Assembly: GCA_041654875.1 (NCBI GenBank)
Contig: JBAZCP010000005.1
Span: 497-64,496 of the forward strand
Source of the DNA: Candidatus Cloacimonadales bacterium
GTDB lineage: Bacteria; Cloacimonadota; Cloacimonadia; Cloacimonadales; WRIO01
Direction: 5' to 3'
DNA: 64,000 nt
Shown: one piece after another, positions 27,204-35,400 of the stretch
Layout of the letters: every line of letters starts with the position of its first letter
How positions within the stretch are numbered: position 1 is the stretch's first letter
Translations under genes and position numbers: made by a program
Notes under the pieces: generated by a model
Told to the model about the DNA's origin: nothing
The model's database searches: none
Seen by the model: the letters and a program-made list of their open reading frames with translations, nothing else

Positions 27204-27964
27204 TACTTTGATCCTTTTCTAAGTTTTGGTGGTATAAAAGTTTCGAGTTTATCTCTCAAAACTCTTGGGTTGTCTCCTGATTGAATAGCTAAAATCCCAC
27301 TTAAGATGATGTTTTTCTCTAATACTTCGTGTTTTGATCTTCTATCAAGTTTTGTTGCCAATGGTATACATATAGTGTTTGCAATAAGAGATCCATAAAA
27401 TGTAGTGATTAGTGCAACAGCCATTCCAGCACCAATATTACTTGGATCGTCAAGAGCTTTCAGCATTTGAATCAACCCAATAAGAGTTCCAATCATTCCA
27501 AATGCAGGTGCCAAAGAGCCTAATGCATCGAAGATATCTTTTCCAGTCTTATGTCTATCTTCTATATTATCGATTTCAATTCCCATCACACCTTCAATAA
27601 CTTGTACTTCATTTCCATCTACAGCGAGCTGTATAGCTTTTTTTAAAAAGTCATCATCAAAGTTTGCAAGTTCTCTTTCAAGTGCTAACAAGCCTTCTCT
27701 TCTTGCTTTTTCTCCAAGATCTACGAGGCTATCAATAATTTTTGCATAATCTTGTGGCTTTGAAAAAAAAGCTTTTTTTAAAGCTGCAAATGCTCCAAAC
27801 AATTCAGGTATAGGAAAAGAAGTTAAAACCGCTGATATAGCACCACCAACAACTATCAAAATAGATGGTATATCGATAAAAGACTCCAAATCTCCAGCCA
27901 TAATAATGGGAATAAAGACAAGTGCATTTGCCAACACTAAACCAAGAACAGTACCTAAATCCAT
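27203..27964 (-). CDS. motA: Flagellar stator protein MotA
   Basis: 253 aa with four TM segments. Conserved GTLIGLIQML and ALITTFYG. Confidence 0.9.
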   Translation of the reverse strand: MDLGTVLGLVLANALVFIPIIMAGDLESFIDIPSILIVVGGAISAVLTSFPIPELFGAFAALKKAFFSKPQDYAKIIDSLVDLGEKARREGLLALERELANFDDDFLKKAIQLAVDGNEVQVIEGVMGIEIDNIEDRHKTGKDIFDALGSLAPAFGMIGTLIGLIQMLKALDDPSNIGAGMAVALITTFYGSLIANTICIPLATKLDRRSKHEVLEKNIILSGILAIQSGDNPRVLRDKLETFIPPKLRKGSK

Positions 27965-27976
27965 ATCAACCTCAAC

Positions 27977-28183
27977 CTATTTTTTTGATATTGAATCCCA
28001 ATTTTTAATTGTTTTATTTTTGAATTCAATAATTTTATCGATTACTTCTTCTATTGTTTCTTTTACGATAAGCTTTTTCCCTGTAGTTAAACTTATAATA
28101 GTATCTGGTGTTGACTCTATAAACTCCATCAGATCATTGTTGATATATATTTCTTGTCCATTAATTCTTGTTAATTGTATCAT
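27977..28183 (-). CDS. flbD: Flagellar protein FlbD
   Basis: 68 aa: MIQLTRINGQEIYINNDLMEFIESTPDTIISLTTGKKLIVKE, typical of FlbD. Lies between flgE and motA as in spirochaetes and Firmicutes. Confidence 0.85.
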   Translation of the reverse strand: MIQLTRINGQEIYINNDLMEFIESTPDTIISLTTGKKLIVKETIEEVIDKIIEFKNKTIKNWDSISKK

Positions 28184-28203
28184 CTTTCCTCCATTCTTAA
28201 GTC

Positions 28204-28232
28204 AAATTAAAAGAAGAGCAAAAAAAAGTCAA
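28204..28232 (-). promoter_or_regulatory. Possible sigma70-type promoter immediately upstream of flbD
   Basis: On the minus strand, TTGACT (28232-28227), 17-nt spacer, TAATTT (28209-28204). RBS GGAGGA at 28192-28187. Confidence 0.35.
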
Positions 28233-28331
28233 TACATAGTTTATGTTTTTTTGTTTTATTATAAAATGTAGAGTAAATAATGCATTTTGAATTGCCCTTA
28301 CTTGATTCACAACTATGTTCTCTTGTATAAG

Positions 28332-28359
28332 ATATCGACACGAATTGTGCAAAACTTTA
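28332..28359 (-). promoter_or_regulatory. Sigma28 (FliA)-type promoter candidate for flbD-motAB-fliLMN-OPQR
   Basis: The minus strand reads TAAAGTTT-tgcacaattcgt-GTCGATAT. The consensus is TAAAGTTT-N11-GCCGATAA, and here the spacer is 12 nt. Confidence 0.5.
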
Positions 28360-28365
28360 ATACTT

Positions 28366-28400
28366 ATATAAAATAGACGGGCAATTCAACTTGCCCGTCT
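28366..28400 (-). terminator. Hairpin terminator/attenuator downstream of flgE
   Basis: AGACGGGCAA (28375-28384) / TTGCCCGTCT (28391-28400), a 10-bp stem. On the minus strand it is followed by ATTTTATAT. Confidence 0.65.
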
Positions 28401-28411
28401 TATTATTTTAA

Positions 28412-31117
28412 TTATCGCTTCATTCTGTCGATGATTGTGGAAAGAATCATATCTGAGGTATTTATTACTTTTGAGTTTGCTTCAAGTGCACGTTGAGAAA
28501 TAATCAGCTTTGCAAATTCATCAGTCAAGTCAACGTTAGAGCTTTCCAAATATCCTGCTTTTATAACAGATTTGTTATTTTCACCAGCCCAACCAACAAT
28601 AGCATTACCAGAAGAACCATTTGAAGAGTAAAGACTATTTCCTTCTTTTTGCAATCCTGCTTCATTTGTAAAGTTTGCCATCGCAATTTGAGCTAAAGTT
28701 TTTGTAACACCGTTTGAGTAAATACCGGAAATAATCCCTTGATCATCAACATTTATATTATTTAGTACGCCAAGTGCATAACCATCTTGTTGAATAGCCA
28801 CGTTAGTACTTGCTGATGCAAGCTGAGTCATGCCCGAAAATGAACCTGCATTACCTGCATTCAAGCTTATACTAACTTCTCCACCACCAGGTGCGTTAAA
28901 TTTTAAAGCATCCCCGTTATCATACAAGAATGCACGCAAAGAGCCATCTTCATTAAAAGTAGCTGTTCCGCTATTACCTGAATGAGGAGCAATTTTTCCA
29001 TCATCAATCACAATATCCCAGAACCATTTATTTGTACCTGGTTCAGTATCTTGAGTATAATTTATCTCGACAATATGTTTTTGTCCAATATTGTCGTAAA
29101 CATCAATTGTTGTGCTATGTTTTCCAGTTTCTCCCTCAACCAAAACAGAGAAAGAAGGAAGCTGTATTACTGAGTTATTTGTACCTGCGTTGCTTGTAAA
29201 TGCTGTTGCCATACCTCCAGTTCCGATATTACTTGCATTATCGATAATTTGGAATGAAGTATAGTTATATTCGTCAGTTAAAGAATCATCATTAAACACA
29301 ATTTTCCCATCTACTATATCAGCAGTAATACCCGCAAACTCATTACTATTATTGATTTTGTCAACAAAATCTTGCAGGCTTAATCCATCATAATTTCCAT
29401 CAACATCAGGATCACCGTAAACAAAAGTTACAGTTTTTGTAGCACCACCTATTAAAGTAGCATGAATAGTGATTTTATCTCCAGCAACATAGTTGAGAGC
29501 ATTAACGTCATTTAAATCTGCGTCTACATCTAATGGACTATTATCAGCCATGATAAAAGCTTTGTTTGTCATGGAAAATCTTTCAGTAGTAAATTCGATA
29601 TTAAACCCTTTTGAATCATCAATATTTGATAATTTTATTGAAGAATAACTTTCACCAGAAGAGTTGTCAGTAAGCATAATTTTTCCTGTTGTATTGTCTA
29701 AAGTTGCAGTTACGCCATAGAAAGTTTTATTGATTTTTGCCATCAAATCTTTAATAGTCAGCCCATCAAATCCATCATCTTTTGAACCAAAAGTAAAGAC
29801 AGATGATTTATAAGTTCCATCAGGGTTAGTTCCTTCAATTTTAATTTGATTACCTGTTGAGAGAAAAGCACCGCTAACATCCATTAAATTTGATGTTATA
29901 GAAACATTTTGATCAGCCAAATCAGTTGTATTTCCAGATCTATAAACCTCGTCTATTGTTATACCATCGACATCAATACGATTTACTATTAGTTTTGTAA
30001 TGCCACCATCATCGATAATTTCTGCAAAATAGTCAAATCCATCTTGGTTACTATTTAGCTGATCTAAAACTTCTCTCATTGTCATACTTGGATTGATATT
30101 GATGACATTTCCATCAAAATCAATAGACGATCCAGTTTCACCCAGTGCAGACATTTTATAGTTAATACTTTTTAGTGCATCAAGCGATTCATGTGATTCA
30201 GTACTTGCATTATGTTTTGTAATGGCTGTCAAGAATATTGTGGTATCATTTTCTCCTGCACTATTTGCAATTAATCTAAACTTACCATTCTGATCGATAG
30301 TACAAGATGAACCTTCAACACTGGTGCTATTGAAAGCTTGGTTAATTCTATTCATGAGATCATTAATTGTTGTTCCATCTTTTCCATATGTAAATTTCCA
30401 ACTTTGGTTTTCATACATAACTTTTGATCCGTCTCGATGTGTTCCAGTAATTTCAATCTCATCCCCAAGATGCATTGTCAAACCATCTATTTCAGCTAAA
30501 TCAGTTGTACCATTAGCTGCTTTACCATCATTTGTATAGAAAGAAGCACCGCCTATCCATTCTTCGATTTTGGAACCGTTCTTATCTAAGTTACAATATA
30601 AATCAATGTTGTTTGTTGCTTTTGCTGGCTCTTTTCTTCCGAAAGGTAATATAATCCTATTAATTGTTGTTGTTGATGGTAAATGACCTTCATTATCTGC
30701 AACTCTACCCATCATATAGTAATTACCACCTTGAGACATTAAACTACCATCATCTTGTATCTGAAGGGCTCCTGCTCTTGTAAAGAATCTTCTTGTTCCG
30801 TCAGTAACAATAAAAAAACCTTTACCATTAATTGCAAGATCAGTTACTTGACCTGTTGAATCCAATGACCCTTGTTTGTAGTTAGTATCAACGCTTGACA
30901 CGACTGATCCTCTACCTATTTGTACAGGGTTAGCACCACCAAAATTGCCAGCAGTTCCTCTTGCACCTGATACTGTTTCTGATAATGCATCGGCAAAAGT
31001 GATGCGATTTGACTTAAAGCCTGTTGTATTAACGTTTGCAATATTATTTGAAATTACGTCCATTTGAGCTTGTTGGTTTTTAACACCAGTGATTCCTGAA
31101 TATAGTGATCTTAACAT
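28412..31117 (-). CDS. flgE: Flagellar hook protein FlgE, unusually long (901 aa)
   Basis: N-terminus MLRSLYSGITGVKNQQAQMDVISNNIANVNTTGFK. C-terminus GYLESSNVDLTDEFAKLIISQRALEANSKVI. Central insert of about 465 aa. Confidence 0.9.
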   Translation of the reverse strand: MLRSLYSGITGVKNQQAQMDVISNNIANVNTTGFKSNRITFADALSETVSGARGTAGNFGGANPVQIGRGSVVSSVDTNYKQGSLDSTGQVTDLAINGKGFFIVTDGTRRFFTRAGALQIQDDGSLMSQGGNYYMMGRVADNEGHLPSTTTINRIILPFGRKEPAKATNNIDLYCNLDKNGSKIEEWIGGASFYTNDGKAANGTTDLAEIDGLTMHLGDEIEITGTHRDGSKVMYENQSWKFTYGKDGTTINDLMNRINQAFNSTSVEGSSCTIDQNGKFRLIANSAGENDTTIFLTAITKHNASTESHESLDALKSINYKMSALGETGSSIDFDGNVININPSMTMREVLDQLNSNQDGFDYFAEIIDDGGITKLIVNRIDVDGITIDEVYRSGNTTDLADQNVSITSNLMDVSGAFLSTGNQIKIEGTNPDGTYKSSVFTFGSKDDGFDGLTIKDLMAKINKTFYGVTATLDNTTGKIMLTDNSSGESYSSIKLSNIDDSKGFNIEFTTERFSMTNKAFIMADNSPLDVDADLNDVNALNYVAGDKITIHATLIGGATKTVTFVYGDPDVDGNYDGLSLQDFVDKINNSNEFAGITADIVDGKIVFNDDSLTDEYNYTSFQIIDNASNIGTGGMATAFTSNAGTNNSVIQLPSFSVLVEGETGKHSTTIDVYDNIGQKHIVEINYTQDTEPGTNKWFWDIVIDDGKIAPHSGNSGTATFNEDGSLRAFLYDNGDALKFNAPGGGEVSISLNAGNAGSFSGMTQLASASTNVAIQQDGYALGVLNNINVDDQGIISGIYSNGVTKTLAQIAMANFTNEAGLQKEGNSLYSSNGSSGNAIVGWAGENNKSVIKAGYLESSNVDLTDEFAKLIISQRALEANSKVINTSDMILSTIIDRMKR

Positions 31118-31196
31118 TTTTCCTCCTGAATTTTATTATTGTTTGGTGCATCAGTCGTTCAGCACCATGGAGGCTTCCTCTAAGAGGTCCAGCCTA

Positions 31197-31589
31197 TTAT
31201 TTTTCTAAGATCATTGCGCTATCTATTTGCGTGAAAATATTTTCTTTTAAATTTTGATTATCCATCGCCGTGACAACAGTACGGTTAGGGATATTTACAA
31301 CATATGCGACATTATCCATCATTATCAAAGAGTCTTTTCCTCCCTTTTGGGATATTTTCGACACTGCGTTTTCAAGACGTGTTTTATCTTCTTCATTAAG
31401 ATATATATTTCTTTCTTCCAACCTATGAAGAGCATGTGCAGAAAAAGATAACTCTTTTGTTTGTAACTGATCATTTAATATTTCTGCAAAGCTTTTTTGC
31501 CTACGTTGCTCGAGGTTTACATTTTTTTGAATATGCTTAGGCTCTGCATTAATTGGTGTGGGTATTTGATTGACAATTCTATTAATCAC
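31197..31589 (-). CDS. Flagellar operon protein (TIGR02530-like small protein between flgD and flgE)
   Basis: 130 aa. The segment SFSAHALHRLEERNI resembles the family signature as I remember it. The position matches. Confidence 0.6.
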   Translation of the reverse strand: MINRIVNQIPTPINAEPKHIQKNVNLEQRRQKSFAEILNDQLQTKELSFSAHALHRLEERNIYLNEEDKTRLENAVSKISQKGGKDSLIMMDNVAYVVNIPNRTVVTAMDNQNLKENIFTQIDSAMILEK

Positions 31590-31598
31590 TTATCCTCC

Positions 31599-32396
31599 TT
31601 ATTGTCCAATTACCCGTGATAAAAACTTACTAAGTCCCTCATCAACTTGGTTGACAAATGGCTCTGTAGCAGACTGAGAACTATTGCTATCGTCATTTTG
31701 ACTGCTTGGCAGATTATTCACAGCAACATTGTTATATTGCTCAACCGTCCAAATGTCGCTCAACGAAATAATTTGTCCATTTACCATTAAATATGGAATA
31801 CCTCCAGAATATGTAACTCCATGTACAACACCATAATTGATAGGCTCTGGAGTCATTATACCATTTGCATCTTTTGCTTCAACAGTAAAGGTATAGTATC
31901 CAGATTTTGATTTTTTTCCATCTAAGTCTTTCCCATCCCATTTAACAGCTCTTTCACCTGCTTTTGCACCATTATTAGAAATTAATGCTACCTGTTTTCC
32001 ATTTTCGTCATAAACTTTTACAGTGATTTCTGATGCATCTCGTGGAATTTCAAAATAAATAGATGAATCTTCGCCTTCTGTGTGTGTAAAACTGTTTCCA
32101 GAGGATTTAACTGCTTTACCGATAAGACTTATCATATATGAGTTATTCATCGACTGGGTTACCATAATTTGAGATTGAATGTTTTCATTAATATTCTGAA
32201 GAGTTTCCAATTGGCTAAACTGGGCAAGCTGCGTAGCAAATTGTTCGTTAGAAACAGGATTAATTGGGTCTTGATATTTCAATTGAGTTGTTAGTAAATT
32301 AAGAAATTCATCTTTACCCATTATTGATTTTTTTGTCATAGTTTGATTTGCCGCTTCTCTGACTGAATCAGTAATACCAATTAGTTCTCCACTCAT
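31599..32396 (-). CDS. flgD: Flagellar hook capping/assembly protein FlgD
   Basis: MGKDEFLNLLTTQLKYQDPINP...QFSQLE, plus a FlgD Ig-like domain (VKWDGKDLDGKKSKSGYYTF). Confidence 0.9.
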   Translation of the reverse strand: MSGELIGITDSVREAANQTMTKKSIMGKDEFLNLLTTQLKYQDPINPVSNEQFATQLAQFSQLETLQNINENIQSQIMVTQSMNNSYMISLIGKAVKSSGNSFTHTEGEDSSIYFEIPRDASEITVKVYDENGKQVALISNNGAKAGERAVKWDGKDLDGKKSKSGYYTFTVEAKDANGIMTPEPINYGVVHGVTYSGGIPYLMVNGQIISLSDIWTVEQYNNVAVNNLPSSQNDDSNSSQSATEPFVNQVDEGLSKFLSRVIGQ

Positions 32397-32443
32397 TATT
32401 TCCTCCTTTCTTTAGACAATCTCGAAAGACTGTCTTCTATTCT

Positions 32444-35400
32444 TTATATTGTATATTCCATTGAGTTGTAACCATAATCTCTTTTTATTGTATGTACTTC
32501 TTCTTGCAAAGATTCATGGTTATCTTTTTGATTGTTTTGATTTTTGCTTGTATTTTGTTGTGAAGCCTGATTGTTAGACTGCTGTCTTGATTCCTTATGA
32601 AAGTCATATTCAATTAGTACGTCCTCAAAGCCTTGTGCTTTAAGTTGATGTTCTAATGTGTGCATGTTTTCTTTTAAGCTTTTAACTTTTTGAATATCTT
32701 CTGCCTCGAATCGAATAATTAATCGCTCACCTTGCTTCTCGATATTGGTCTTAACATATCCTAATTCATTTGTTTCTATTTCTAAAACTGCTTTTTTGAT
32801 GCTATGTTCGCGATTAAAGCTTTGTGTTGTTTCTAATAGTTTGGGAATAAAATCAGATATTGAGTATCTACTTCCTGTTATATTGAATCCAGAATTTATA
32901 TTAGAGAATGCTTTCGAGTTCATTTGGTTAAAGCTATTAAAGTTCTGCTGGTTTTGATCTTGTTTATATTCAGAATTCTCTTTATGTTTATTATTTGAGA
33001 TAGCTCTGTTTTGTGTACTATTTGAAGAGGAATTTTGAGTATTTTTAGCATCATTGTTCTTTATGAATACAGACCTTTGTTTTTCTTTGCCATCTGTATC
33101 AAGATACTGAACAAATAAGGGCTCATTATTATCAAGATAATCTTGTATTGTTTCATAAGCAATTGCGTTTTTATGAACAAATGTATCTTCAAAGCCTTGC
33201 ATCTCATCATTTCCTTTCAAATTTGTTTTGCTATTCAATGAAGTATTGTGCAATTGCTGTGCCAATACATCATGGCTTGTTCTATGCCACAATTGACCAT
33301 CGATTGGGGCATTTGTAAACTCTGCATCATCGCTGGTATTAGTATGCAAATTCTTCTCAAAAACATTCTGTTTAGGTAATATTTTCTCCTCACCAGACAA
33401 TAATGATGAGCTGACAGATTGGTTAGATATACGACCTGTTTCTATAGTATGATTTGATGTTTTGATACCTTTGGTGGCATCGCCTGATTGAATCTGGATA
33501 TTTTCTTCATTGGACTTATCAAGACCTTGTTTAACAATACTATCCCTAATTAGCTCAGATTCTTTAGGATTTTTAGTTGATATGGCTTTATGATCTATTT
33601 TTATATCTTTAGTAAGTCTAATTGTTGTATCATGTTTAGATATATTATTGTGATAATTATTATCAATTGCATCCGCTATCTTGTTCTTATTAATTACATT
33701 ATTAAATTTGTTTACGGAGTTTATCTGCTCCTGTTTATCTGTTTTTGTCTCAGATGAAGATATAGACTCTCTTCTATCTAAATTTGTTTTACCTGTTAAT
33801 GGATTATTTGTTATTTGATTCTTTCTTATACCATTAACTTGCTCTATAGGGTTTTCCTTAGTTTTCTTCATTTTAATATCTGTAATCTTATAACTGCTTG
33901 TTTTAACCAGTGGCACTAAATCAGATTCTCTAAATTGGCTTTTGGAGATTATCTGCTCCTGCTTATCTGTTTTTGTCACAGGTGAAGATATAGACTCTCT
34001 TCTATCTAATTTTGTTTTACCTGTTAATTGATTATTTGTTATTTGATTTATTCTTATGCCTTTAACTTGCTCTATAGGGTTTTCCTTATCGACTTTCACA
34101 TTATCAACATTTTGTTTTCTATCAGTAATGTTATTGTTCTTAAAAGGAGGCGTTATAGTTTTCTTCATTTTAATATCTGTAATCTTATAACTGCTTGTTT
34201 TAACTTGTGGCACTGAATTAAATTTTCTAACTTCAATACTGACAGCTTTAGCCTTTTGAGATGATATATCTTTATTGTTATCAATTAGTTCTGTAATATG
34301 CTTTTCCTTGTATTTTTTATAAGATTGAGCATAATTAGATTTAAAAGGTTCTTTCAAAATTTTACCAGTCGTTGTTTCAGCGATATTTGCTGCATTTCTG
34401 GCTGTTTTTATATCACTTAAAACTAATTTTGAAATAGTATTATAATTATCAAATTCTTTCTTTGTATGAATATCACCACTATTGCTCTTCTTGGCAATAA
34501 ACTCGGATTGTTTAATATCTTGTTGAACGTTTACATATGGCTTAACCTCATTATTTTCAGCTTTAATGTTGATATTAGCTTTATCTTTTATTTTATAAAC
34601 ACTATTGCTCTGGCTTTGATCTGTTTGTTTTTGGTCTTTGGGCGTACTTATATGAGGTTTAATTTCCTTATAATCATCTTTATTGATACGATTAACTTGC
34701 TTTCCATGCTTGTAATCACTTGCCTTATGCTCATAAGTACTAAGTTTAGGTTTTATAGACTTATTCTCATCTTTAATTATGGTGTAATTTAAATCTAATT
34801 TTTCAATATTTCCCTTATTTCTAACATTATCTCCAACTATTTTTAATTTGTGTACATTCAATTGCTTGGTTGTATTCTCTTGATCTTTTTTTAAGCGGGG
34901 AGTTGTTTCAAAAGCAGATGCTTTTACAATAAGGGACTTATTTGAAGCTTGCATAAATTTTGTATTCGTTTTTAATGTTTGTGAATTTTGTGAACCACTT
35001 ATAAGAATACTTGATTCATTAGTTCTTTCCAGTGTTTTAGACTTAATGTTTTTGCTGATAATTCCTGCAGAGCTTGTTTTCCCTGGCTCTTCAATTTGAC
35101 TATTGTCTGCATTTACAAAGTTCACTTTAGCACCAGAATTAAGATTTATATGCTCTACATTTTCAAAAGTATTGTGATTTTTGTGCAAAGAAATATTCTC
35201 AACAAAATTAATTTTAGTTATATTTTGCTTATTTTGTTTAGTTTGGGCATTATAAGGTTGGGTTATCTCACCCACATCATATTTTGGAGATATATTTTGC
35301 ATATTAATTGTGTTTGGCAAGCTAACGGGTTTAACATTGGTATCTTTCTTAAGATTAAGAAAGACTCCGTTATGTTGGCTTTTGTTGTTAAGGCCAAACT

